A DNA stretch of 33,806 bases from a candidate division WOR-3 bacterium (GCA_903908785.1 CAIVTL010000278.1:1-33806), one strand, 5' to 3'. Shown: positions 7,867-15,573, counted from the stretch's first letter. The notes: generated by a model from the letters alone, not told the origin. Program-made: numbers and translations.

Positions 7867-9142
7867 CGGGAAGTCCGAAGCTCGAAGTCCGAATGACGAA
7901 TGCAGCCCCACGGACAGCATTGTGAGGCTATCGATTCTGGTCGCCGGCGCCTCGGTGCTGCAGGTTGCCGAGTCGCTGCTCCCGCATCCGCTGCCCGGAG
8001 TCAGGCTCGGTCTTGCCAACATCATCACGGTCATCGCGATGGTCTACATCGGCCCGGGCAGCGCGATACAGCTTGCGGTGCTGCGCACGCTCATCAGTTC
8101 AATGGTGCTGGGAACGTTCCTGACGCCGACCTTTGTGCTTTCTTTCTCGGGTGGCGTGGTCAGCGCGGTCGTCATGGTTCTCTTGTATCGTTTCTCGCAC
8201 GGGGGCGGGCCATTCCGTTTCAGCCTCATCGGCATCAGCGTGGGCGGGGCGGTGAGCCACATCCTGACCCAGGTCGCGCTGGTCTATCTGCTCTTCATCC
8301 GCAGTAGCGGCGTGTTGCTGCTCTGGCCGTGGCTTGCGCTGTCGGCGGTAGTCACGGGAGTAGTCACCGGCATGATTGCGGTTCAGGCCGTACGGCGACT
8401 GGACACCGGCGAGGCGAGTGGGGTGGCGCTGACCCCGGCGTCGGACCGGTCGGACGTGTCGGACCGGTCGGACAAGGATTCACTCGTCCGGCGCATTCGG
8501 CCGGAAGTGAAGATTACCACGGTTGTGGTCCTTGGGCTCGCGGTGGTTGTCTTCGCGAACTACGCGCTTTATGCCGCCGTCCTGGTGCTGCTCGCGGCCG
8601 TCACGGTGCTGGCCCGGGTTCGGTTCAGCCGTCTGCTGGCCGGGCTGAAGCGAATCTGGGCGCTGCTCGTTGCCGCACTGGTGATGCCGGTCATCTTCTC
8701 GCCCTGGGGAAGAGTGCTCATCGCAATCGGGCCGGTGCGAGCGACCGACCAGGGCCTTCACGCAGGCGCCAGCTTCGCTGCGCGCATCCTCTTGTTGTTC
8801 TTCGCGACCGCCCTTTTGGCCCAGACGACCGCGCCGGAGGAAATCGCGGGCGGGCTGGAGAAGCTGCTCGGCCCGCTGCGGGTCTTCCGGGTAAGGCCGG
8901 GCCGGCTGGCGCGGTCGCTGAGCCTTTCCTGGTACTACTTCCCCCAGTTCTGGCAGAGCGTTCGGCGCATGGTTGGCGAGAGTCGCGGCCGCAAGGGCTG
9001 GCTGGACCGGACTATCCATCTTCCGGGCGATGTCGTTGCCGACCTGTACTTCGCGGCCGACCGACTTGCCGACTCCGGGTCGGATGGACGCGACCGGCAG
9101 CCGGCGCCTGGCGGGTTTCCGCCACCGCCTGACCAGGAGTGA
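7847..9142 (+). CDS. Fusion protein: Gx transporter family (Hpre_diP_synt_I-like) N-terminal half + EcfT/CbiQ-like ECF T-component C-terminal half
   Basis: N-terminal half: LPHPLPGVRLGLANIITVIAM...GISVGGAVSHILTQV. C-terminal half: IRPEVKITTVV..., LLFFATALLAQTTAPEEIAGGLEKLL, CbiQ/EcfT-like. The halves are joined by the peptide SDRSDVSDRSD, encoded by a 9-bp tandem repeat. The start is uncertain: ATG-7847 or GTG-7922, which lies after a repeat block. Confidence 0.65.
   Translation: MMRKATSGKSEARSPNDECSPTDSIVRLSILVAGASVLQVAESLLPHPLPGVRLGLANIITVIAMVYIGPGSAIQLAVLRTLISSMVLGTFLTPTFVLSFSGGVVSAVVMVLLYRFSHGGGPFRFSLIGISVGGAVSHILTQVALVYLLFIRSSGVLLLWPWLALSAVVTGVVTGMIAVQAVRRLDTGEASGVALTPASDRSDVSDRSDKDSLVRRIRPEVKITTVVVLGLAVVVFANYALYAAVLVLLAAVTVLARVRFSRLLAGLKRIWALLVAALVMPVIFSPWGRVLIAIGPVRATDQGLHAGASFAARILLLFFATALLAQTTAPEEIAGGLEKLLGPLRVFRVRPGRLARSLSLSWYYFPQFWQSVRRMVGESRGRKGWLDRTIHLPGDVVADLYFAADRLADSGSDGRDRQPAPGGFPPPPDQE
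7870..7904. repeat. STR block, 5 x 7 bp (GAAGTCC GAAGCTC GAAGTCC GAATGAC GAATGCA)
   Basis: Lies between the NusG-II gene stop and the conserved part of the Gx-transporter gene. Confidence 0.85.
8438..8473. repeat. STR block, 4 x 9 bp (GCGTCGGAC CGGTCGGAC GTGTCGGAC CGGTCGGAC)
   Basis: Encodes ASDRSDVSDRSD, the linker between the Gx-transporter and EcfT halves. The same unit family occurs at 27262. Confidence 0.9.
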
Positions 9143-9373
9143 CGCCCGCGCCCGACAGCGGAAGCCCCGGATATGCGGTCGGGGCCCATGGCATCAGGCA
9201 GAGCGCCCAGAACCGGTTCCAAACGAGGCGGCGCGCCCGGCTGGCATGAAATGTGATACCTTGCGTAGAGATGGTACTGCGCCTTCAGAGGTCGGTTGCT
9301 GACCGTTCGGACGGGTCGGTCTGGCATGATACCAGCATACGAGGATATGGACGCTTACAAACGAGGAGGTAGA

Positions 9374-10549
9374 ATGACCAAGCACAGAGTGCTGCTGACA
9401 GCAGTACTGGTCGTGGCCCTTGCGGCCGGTGGAGCGGTAGGCGCGCAGCTGAATTTCGGCGGCGACCTGAAGCTGCACCTGTTCGATATGTCCACAGGCT
9501 CGAGCACGATTATGGGCTGGGATTCGCTCGGTAACCCCGTGCCGGTCAAATACGACACGACCGACCGTTGGGACATGGGGTTTGAGCGAGCGTACCTGTA
9601 CTTCGTGGTCCAGATTACCGACCAGGCATCGGTGGACATCGAGCCGGAGTTCGTAGCGCGGAGCGGCGCAACCCCGCAACTGGGTATGCGGATTGGCACC
9701 CAGCGCGCGTCAAACGAGTCCGGCTTGGGCGTCGCGTTCAACGCGGCGAAGCTGACCCTGGCGGTCCCGTGGAACCTGCAGGTCTCGGGCGGAATCTTGC
9801 GGCCGCTTTTCACCGAGGACTACGGCGACATGAAGGCGTTTCAGGAGACGAACCGGTACGACAAGACCGGCGCCAACTACTGGTTGCAGGCGTGGCACGA
9901 CATGGGGATCGAGGTCTACAAACCGTTCGAACTGAAACTGGGCGAGGAGTACGTCTCGATTCCGACGTATCTCTACCTGCTGAACGGCGCGCCGAACTAC
10001 ATCGATATCCCGGCATCCGACAACAACAGCAACAAGATGGTGATGTTGCACGTCGCGCCGGAGTTCTGGAAGATACGGGTGATGGGTTCGTACGGGTTCG
10101 GAAAGTGGGACGATGAGGGCAAGTACAACGTGATGCGCTATGCCGCCGGGCTGAGCGCCGCGTTCGGGCCCGTGTGGCTGCGGGCGGAGTACATGGGCGG
10201 TCGGTGGGACAACGAGATGTGGCAGCAGTCCGGGGAGCCGCTGGTCATCGACACCTTTGCCGCGAAGCCGTTCGGCTACTACGCCAAGCTCGGGGTGAAC
10301 ATCGTGCCTGACCGGCTCCGTTTCATCCTCGACTACGACTACGCGGAACACAACTTCAACGGGTTCCTGTCCATCGGGAACCCGGCGGTGAAGCAGCAAT
10401 ACACAACCGTGTCCGGGACACTGGGGTGGACCGTGTTTACCGGGTCGCAGGTGATGCTCGGCGTCGAGAAGGCGATGTGGAAGACGAGCGACGGGAACAC
10501 CAAGCTCGACTTCCTGCGGCCGACCCTGGGCTGGCGCACGGTCTTCTAA
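9374..10549 (+). CDS. Outer-membrane beta-barrel (porin-like) protein
   Basis: AGGAGG lies 5 nt upstream of ATG-9374. Signal peptide MTKHRVLLTAVLVVALAAGGAVGA. Alternating amphipathic beta-strand pattern rich in Y/G/W. C-terminus ...LGWRTVF has the terminal Phe typical of OMPs. Confidence 0.6.
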   Translation: MTKHRVLLTAVLVVALAAGGAVGAQLNFGGDLKLHLFDMSTGSSTIMGWDSLGNPVPVKYDTTDRWDMGFERAYLYFVVQITDQASVDIEPEFVARSGATPQLGMRIGTQRASNESGLGVAFNAAKLTLAVPWNLQVSGGILRPLFTEDYGDMKAFQETNRYDKTGANYWLQAWHDMGIEVYKPFELKLGEEYVSIPTYLYLLNGAPNYIDIPASDNNSNKMVMLHVAPEFWKIRVMGSYGFGKWDDEGKYNVMRYAAGLSAAFGPVWLRAEYMGGRWDNEMWQQSGEPLVIDTFAAKPFGYYAKLGVNIVPDRLRFILDYDYAEHNFNGFLSIGNPAVKQQYTTVSGTLGWTVFTGSQVMLGVEKAMWKTSDGNTKLDFLRPTLGWRTVF

Positions 10550-10561
10550 GAGGATTCCGTC

Positions 10562-11650
10562 GTGATGAGAGCCCCAGTCAGACTGCCGGCTGCGCCTCGC
10601 CGGTGGTCAATTGCTCGGGGGCTCCCCGACGGATTGTCTCCGCTGCGGCTGCTCGCATTCGCCTCGGCAGTCGTTTTGCTGGCCGCGGGGTGCCGCCATT
10701 CGGGCGCAGCGGTGCTGCGCAAGCAGACCCGGCTGATGATGGACACCTACGTGACAATCCAGGCCACGGGCCCGGCGCAGACGGCGGACAAGGCAATTGA
10801 GGCGGCGTTCGGACGACTGGAGGAGATCTCCCACAAGTTCAACTTCCTCGACTCGACCAGCCCGGTCCACGCGTTCAACGTCAACAATGCGCCCATCACC
10901 GACCCGGAACTGGTCAAGGTAGTGCAGGCCGCGGTGGCGGTGAGCGCGGCCTCGGGCGGTGCGTTCGACATCACGGTGCGGCCGCTGGTCGAGCTCTGGG
11001 GCTTCTACGGCGACCACCCGGCGGTGCCGTCGCAGCGGGCGATTGACTCGTGTCTCAGGATGGTCGGCTATAAGAACCTGGTGGTCGAGCCGGGCCGCGT
11101 GACGAAGCTCCGGCCGGACGTCACTATTGACCTCGGCGGCATCGCCAAGGGCTATGCCCTCGACGAAGCGGCGCGGGTGCTGCGGGCGGCGGGCATCGAT
11201 TCCGCGCTCATCGACCTCGGCGGGGACGTGTTCGCCATCGGCAGGAAGGGCAACCAGAACTGGAAGGTCGGCATCCGCAACCCGCGGAAGGATGGCGTCA
11301 TCGGGGTGGCCGCGGTGTCGAACCTGGCGGTGGTAACCTCGGGTGACTACGAACGCTTCTTCTTCGGCCCGGACAGCGTCCGCTACTGCCATATCATTGA
11401 CCCGGCAACGGGCTGGCCGCCGCGCGGCCTGATAAGCACGACCGTGGTGATGCGCGACCCGCTGACGGCGCAGGGCTGGTCCAAGGTGCTGTTCATCCGC
11501 GGCACCGACGCGCTGCCGCTCATCGAGAAGACCGGCGGCATCGAGGCGATTCTGATTACCGACAGCATGAGGGCAATCTGTACGCCGGGCCTGGTCAGCG
11601 CGATGGATACCACGCGGCTGAACGGAGTGACGAATTCCGCAGGCCGGTAG
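10562..11650 (+). CDS. apbE: FAD:protein FMN transferase (ApbE/Ftp), probable lipoprotein
   Basis: MMDTYVTIQA, DITVRPLVELWGF, IDLGGIAKGYALD, DLGGDVFAIG, VVTSGDYERFF and HIIDPATGWP are classic ApbE motifs. LLAAGC is a lipobox-like signal. Confidence 0.88.
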   Translation: MMRAPVRLPAAPRRWSIARGLPDGLSPLRLLAFASAVVLLAAGCRHSGAAVLRKQTRLMMDTYVTIQATGPAQTADKAIEAAFGRLEEISHKFNFLDSTSPVHAFNVNNAPITDPELVKVVQAAVAVSAASGGAFDITVRPLVELWGFYGDHPAVPSQRAIDSCLRMVGYKNLVVEPGRVTKLRPDVTIDLGGIAKGYALDEAARVLRAAGIDSALIDLGGDVFAIGRKGNQNWKVGIRNPRKDGVIGVAAVSNLAVVTSGDYERFFFGPDSVRYCHIIDPATGWPPRGLISTTVVMRDPLTAQGWSKVLFIRGTDALPLIEKTGGIEAILITDSMRAICTPGLVSAMDTTRLNGVTNSAGR

Positions 11651-11686
11651 ATAAACGGGTGTGTTCGAAATGAAAGGAGCTTTGGA

Positions 11687-12274
11687 ATGAAGAGACTTAC
11701 GTGGCTGCTGGTGGCATTCCTGCTTATCGCGCTGGTGCGAACGGCCGGCGCGGTGGTCCTGTTGAACCACGAAGCGGCGCTGAAGGCGATGTTTCCCGAT
11801 GCCGATAAGATAGTGACCGAGGAGGTGAGCTTGACGCCGGACCAGGTTACCGCGGTCAAGAGCCACCTCGGCGATAAGTGGACGCTCTACCAGGCCGGCG
11901 GACAGTCTGAGGAAGAGAAGGAAGCTGACACGGCGGTGTTCTACTTCGGCACCAAGGCGGGCGAGAAGACCGGCGTAGCCCTGATTGAGGTTCAGCCCGG
12001 CAAGTGGGGCCCGGTGAAGTTCATCGTGGCAATGGACCTCGCGGGCAAAGTCAAGGACCTGGCGGTCATGTCCTACGTTGAGCAGCGGGGCCGCCCGATT
12101 TCGACCAAGCGGTTCCTCGGCCAGTTCGTCGGGAAGACCGGCAAGAGCCAGGTTACCGTCGGCAAGGACGTCGACGCCATTTCCGGCGCAACCATCTCCT
12201 CACGCGCGACGGCCTTCGCGATCAAGAAGGTAATCGCCCTGTACGACGCGGTCTACCTCGAGCCCGAGAAGTAA
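11687..12274 (+). CDS. Secreted FMN-binding domain protein (NqrC/RnfG/PplA-like flavinylation substrate)
   Basis: GGAG RBS 8 nt upstream of the ATG and a signal peptide. FMN_bind-type C-terminus with DAISGATISSRA (SGAT codons at 12182-12193). It lies directly downstream of apbE. Confidence 0.75.
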   Translation: MKRLTWLLVAFLLIALVRTAGAVVLLNHEAALKAMFPDADKIVTEEVSLTPDQVTAVKSHLGDKWTLYQAGGQSEEEKEADTAVFYFGTKAGEKTGVALIEVQPGKWGPVKFIVAMDLAGKVKDLAVMSYVEQRGRPISTKRFLGQFVGKTGKSQVTVGKDVDAISGATISSRATAFAIKKVIALYDAVYLEPEK

Positions 12275-12293
12275 CAGCGGGAAAGGAGCGATA

Positions 12294-12785
12294 ATGAACG
12301 GATTGTCTCTGCCGACACTGCCGAAGTACGCCAAGGTCACAATCACCTTCTTCCTGCTGCTCATCGGCCTGACGTATCTTGTGGGAGTTCTCAACATCTA
12401 CCAGAAGACGAAGTTCACGGTCCAGGGCGCAATCGAAAACGAGCGGGGCTCGGAAGAGAAGATGATTTACCCCAAGGAGTTCGGGGACATGGTCAGCGTC
12501 ACCCATTTCCACCTCGGCGGCTGGGCGATGATGTTCATGTGGGTGCTGCTGTTCTTCCTGTTCTCCACTTATGGCCCCAAACTCAAGGGCGTGCTCGGGA
12601 CACTGCCTTTCCTGCTGGCACCGCTTGACGCGGGCAGCATGTGGCTTACCCGCTATGCGGCGCCCGGTTTTGCCTACCTCCTGATGGCCGTGGGCTTTCT
12701 GATGGCCGCGATATTCGGGCTGGTTCTCGTGCTCGACCTCATCAACTTTTGGTGGGGCAGGAAACCGGTGACGCAGTCGGCATGA
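12294..12785 (+). CDS. Hypothetical 4-TM membrane protein
   Basis: AAAGGAG RBS. Four predicted TM helices. It has a THFH His pair. No family was recognised. Confidence 0.5.
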   Translation: MNGLSLPTLPKYAKVTITFFLLLIGLTYLVGVLNIYQKTKFTVQGAIENERGSEEKMIYPKEFGDMVSVTHFHLGGWAMMFMWVLLFFLFSTYGPKLKGVLGTLPFLLAPLDAGSMWLTRYAAPGFAYLLMAVGFLMAAIFGLVLVLDLINFWWGRKPVTQSA

Positions 12786-13129
12786 CCGCTAACCCGCGGG
12801 CGTGCCGTCCCCGGCCCGCCCGCAAACGTCGCTCGCCACCGGCCCCGCGCAAGCTCAATTGCTGGGAGTACAAGAAATGCGGACGGGGACCGGGCAATGA
12901 GCCGAAGTGTCCCGCGGCGACCGACGTTCAGGCCGACGGTATCAACGGCGGCATCAGGGGCGGCAGGGTCTGCTGGGCGATTGCCGGCACCATGTGCGGC
13001 GGCAGGCAGCAGGGTACTTACGCTGTCAATATCGAGACCTGCCTGCGGTGCGACTTCTGCCAGATGGTGCTCAGAGAGGAACAGGCCGAGACCTGCGAGG
13101 ACTTCGTTCCGCCCCGCCCGGGCCGCTAG
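12782..13129 (+). CDS. Two-CW domain protein (Cys-rich, stand-alone)
   Basis: LNCWEYKKCGRGPG...KCPA...GGRVCWAIAGTMCGG...TCLRCDFC matches the two Cys-Trp signature of the two-CW domain as I recall it. The ATG overlaps the upstream stop (ATGA). The ORF-track start at 12641 is an overlap artefact. Confidence 0.6.
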   Translation: MTANPRACRPRPARKRRSPPAPRKLNCWEYKKCGRGPGNEPKCPAATDVQADGINGGIRGGRVCWAIAGTMCGGRQQGTYAVNIETCLRCDFCQMVLREEQAETCEDFVPPRPGR

Positions 13130-13165
13130 TCGGTTTCGACGCCGGCAGGTGTGCAAACCCGTTGC

Positions 13166-13193
13166 TTGACAGCAGCGGGTTTGTCTCTATCTT
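13166..13193 (+). promoter_or_regulatory. Sigma70-like promoter (TTGACA-16-TATCTT) upstream of the ECF sigma gene
   Basis: Consensus -35 box and a good -10 box in the 13130-13261 gap. Confidence 0.5.
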
Positions 13194-13261
13194 GGGGAAG
13201 TGGTAACCCGAGCCAGAAGCTGCTTGCCCCCGGCCGCTTTCGGGGCCGAAGGCGGTCCCCG

Positions 13262-13834
13262 GTGAGCGACGACCGTTCGACCCCTTCGGCCGGCGACGAC
13301 CGGGAGTTGGTTGTGCGTGCTCAAGCCGGAGACATGGCCGCGTTCGAGGAGTTGGTGCGGCGGCACCAGCAGGGCCTTTTCTCGTACCTTTACCGGATGT
13401 GCCGGAACTCAAGCGACGCCGAGGAAGTGGCGCAGGCCGCAATGATCCGGGCCTGGGAGAAGCTCGCCGGGTTTCGCGGGGCATCGAGTTTCAAGACCTG
13501 GCTATACCGCATCGGTACCAATCTCTGCCTCAACCTGCGCACCCGGAGAAAGCCGGTCGAGGAACTGCCCGAGACCCTGGCCGCGCCGGATTCAGAACGG
13601 CCGGAACAAGCCTATCAACAGAAGATGCGCGAGGATGCCGTGCAGGGCGCGCTCGCCGAACTCCCGGCCGACCAGCGGGCCGCGCTGGTGCTTTCGGTCT
13701 ACCAGGACATGAGCTACAAAGAGATTGCCGAGACCATGGGCAAAACGGTGCGGGCGGTGGATTCGCTGCTGTTTCGCGCCAAGACGAACGTACGCAAAGC
13801 GCTGGCCGAAGACCGCGCGAAGGGAGTCATCTGA
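13262..13834 (+). CDS. ECF-type RNA polymerase sigma-70 family factor
   Basis: Region 2 (FEELVRRHQQGLFSYLYRMC...AEEVAQAAMIRAW) and region 4 (LPADQRAALVLSVYQDMSYKEIAETMGKTVRAVDSLLFRAK). GTG-13262 was chosen as the start. The longer 13151 start would begin upstream of the predicted promoter (13166-13193) and read through it. Confidence 0.85.
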   Translation: MSDDRSTPSAGDDRELVVRAQAGDMAAFEELVRRHQQGLFSYLYRMCRNSSDAEEVAQAAMIRAWEKLAGFRGASSFKTWLYRIGTNLCLNLRTRRKPVEELPETLAAPDSERPEQAYQQKMREDAVQGALAELPADQRAALVLSVYQDMSYKEIAETMGKTVRAVDSLLFRAKTNVRKALAEDRAKGVI

Positions 13835-13843
13835 GCAGGCAAT

Positions 13844-13916
13844 GGGTTCTGGGGTTCGGGGGTTCACGGGTTCGGGTTCCAAACCAGAACCCCAGAACCC
13901 GGGAACCCCTGACCCC
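13844..13916. repeat. Inverted pair of GGGTTC-type STR blocks forming a long imperfect hairpin
   Basis: GGGTTCTGGGGTTC (13844-13857) is the exact reverse complement of GAACCCCAGAACCC (13887-13900). It lies between the sigma and anti-sigma genes. Confidence 0.85.
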
Positions 13917-13952
13917 TCCAACTCTCTTGGGCGCAGGATTCAGGAGGATATA

Positions 13953-14396
13953 GTGTCTAATAAAGCGATGAATTGTAGACAGGTGAAACGGCTGCTGCCT
14001 CCTTACCAAGACAAAGAGCTGTCGGGCAGGGCGCCGGACGAGATAGCTGCCCATCTGGCATCCTGCCCGGCCTGTCGCTCCGAACTGGAGGCGCTGACGG
14101 CGGATATCGGCCTACTCCAACAGGCCGGTGCGCCTGAGGTTACGCCGTTTCTTGCCACGCGGGTCATGGCCGAAATCCGGCAGCGGCATGTCGCGCCGCG
14201 CCGCGCCTTCCGGCCCGGCTGGGTGCTGAGTGTGGCGGCCGGCGTCATGCTGGTTGCTCTAAGCCTTGGCGTCGGCACGCTGGTCGGCTCGGGCCTGGCC
14301 CAGGGCAGTACCAGCGCTACCGGCGACGACATCTATGCTACCGCGACCGCCGACCCTTCGCTTGATACCTACCAGTCCCTGATGGGAGGCGAGTAA
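13953..14396 (+). CDS. Anti-sigma factor (zf-HC2, single-pass membrane)
   Basis: AGGAGG lies 5 nt upstream of GTG-13953. Has the H-x3-C-x2-C motif (AAHLASCPACRSEL) and one TM helix (VLSVAAGVMLVALSLGVG). It directly follows the ECF sigma gene. Confidence 0.75.
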   Translation: MSNKAMNCRQVKRLLPPYQDKELSGRAPDEIAAHLASCPACRSELEALTADIGLLQQAGAPEVTPFLATRVMAEIRQRHVAPRRAFRPGWVLSVAAGVMLVALSLGVGTLVGSGLAQGSTSATGDDIYATATADPSLDTYQSLMGGE

Positions 14397-14875
14397 TGCG
14401 CGGCCGATGGGTGGCCCTGGTTGCCGTGGCGTCGCTGGCGCTGAACGTGGCAGTGGTCGGGACCTACGCCTATCGCACCGCGCGGTGGCACGAGCGCCAC
14501 TCTCGATTCCCGGGCGTCAGGCGCGAACTCCGGGATAGCATCGGCGGCATGATGCGCCAGGCCGCGCCCCAAATCGAGAGTCTGTCCGGCGAACGCGAAC
14601 GGCTCCAGGCCGCGGTCATGGAGCTTGTTGGAAAGCCGGAACTGGACGAACCGAAGCTCGATTCGCTCTGCCGCGAGCAGGGACGGCTTGCGGCGGAATT
14701 GGCAATGGTGGTCTCCCGGAACATGCACCGCGTCGTGCAGGTGCTGCCGCCGGCAGAGCGCGAGCAGTTCCTGCGCGGGCCCGGGTCGCACCGGCGGCAC
14801 GGTTTGCACATGATGGGCGGCTTCGGCTCGCGCCGCGGCGTACCGGAAGCCCGGCCGGGACCAGATGGAGACTAG
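14396..14875 (+). CDS. Periplasmic Spy/CpxP-family-like protein (heavy-metal/envelope-stress sensor type)
   Basis: The start overlaps the anti-sigma stop (TAATG). It has a signal/anchor helix, then a helical, Arg/Glu-rich domain with an LPPAEREQF LTxxQ-like motif. Confidence 0.5.
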   Translation: MRGRWVALVAVASLALNVAVVGTYAYRTARWHERHSRFPGVRRELRDSIGGMMRQAAPQIESLSGERERLQAAVMELVGKPELDEPKLDSLCREQGRLAAELAMVVSRNMHRVVQVLPPAEREQFLRGPGSHRRHGLHMMGGFGSRRGVPEARPGPDGD

Positions 14876-14902
14876 AAGTTGAACCTAACCTGGAGAGATT
14901 AC

Positions 14903-15505
14903 ATGAAGAAAACAACACTGACTGCGATTGCGGTAGTAGCGCTTGCCGGCCTGATGTGGGCGCAACCCGGGCCGGGACCGGCGGCCGGCGGCCCGATGGG
15001 CGGACCCGGCATGCCGATGATGGAAAGGCCGGACCAACCGGCAATGCCCGGCATGGGCGGTCCGATGGGCATGATGGCCAACATGCCTGACATGACGCCG
15101 GAGCAGATGGAGAAATGCGACGCCATGCGGGTGGCGCACATGAAGACCGTACTGCCGATTCAGACCGACATCCAGGTCGCGGAAATCGAGCTGGACGCGC
15201 TCTGGCGCGCCGAGAAGCTTGACGCCAAGAAGATTGTCGCCAAGGTGAGCGAAATCGGCGGGCTCCGGCAGAAACTGGAACTCGCCATGGTCAACCACCG
15301 GATTGACATGTACAACCTGATGACCCCGGACCAGCAAAAGGCGATGCGCAAGATGCACATGGGTGCCGGCCGTGGTATGATGCGCGGCCAGGGCAAGGGT
15401 CGCGGCATGGGCCACGGCATGAAGGGCGGAATGAAAGGTGCCGGGCAGCAGGGACAGATGGGTCAGTGCGACCCGCAGAACTGCAAAGATTGCATGATGC
15501 ACTAG
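14903..15505 (+). CDS. Met/Gly/His-rich periplasmic CpxP/Spy/ZraP-like protein
   Basis: Signal peptide MKKTTLTAIAVVALAGLMWA. Two LTxxQ-like motifs (MTPEQ, MTPDQ). The Met-rich N-terminal tract and the Met/His/Cys-rich C-terminal tail (GMGHGMKGGMKG...CDPQNCKDCMMH) suggest metal binding. Confidence 0.55.
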   Translation: MKKTTLTAIAVVALAGLMWAQPGPGPAAGGPMGGPGMPMMERPDQPAMPGMGGPMGMMANMPDMTPEQMEKCDAMRVAHMKTVLPIQTDIQVAEIELDALWRAEKLDAKKIVAKVSEIGGLRQKLELAMVNHRIDMYNLMTPDQQKAMRKMHMGAGRGMMRGQGKGRGMGHGMKGGMKGAGQQGQMGQCDPQNCKDCMMH

Positions 15506-15540
15506 CTTCTGACTGGGGCTAGTGGTTTGGCTCGGTCAAT

Positions 15541-15568
15541 GCCGGGGCCTTCGGGCCCCGGCTTCTTC
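15541..15568 (+). terminator. Rho-independent terminator
   Basis: GCCGGGGCC-TTCG-GGCCCCGGC perfect 9-bp GC stem followed by TTCTTC, about 36 nt after the stop at 15505. Confidence 0.75.
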
Positions 15569-15573
15569 GAGAG

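Noticed and set aside
9143-9200. Terminator after the Gx-EcfT gene (GCCCCG-N10-CGGGGC hairpin at about 9163-9184).
   Set aside because: The stem is only 6 bp with a 10-nt loop and no T-tract. That is not enough evidence to annotate it.
13725-13952. Longer anti-sigma ORF starting at 13725, and the sigma ORF start at 13151.
   Set aside because: The extensions overlap the neighbouring gene or read through the STR hairpin and the promoter. GTG-13953 has an AGGAGG SD. The conserved sigma region 2 begins shortly after GTG-13262.
14940-15120. Met/Gly/Pro-rich repeats in 14903-15505 as another STR insertion.
   Set aside because: There is no fixed-period nucleotide unit. The repetition is at the amino-acid level (MGGP/MPGM) and fits a functional metal-binding low-complexity region.
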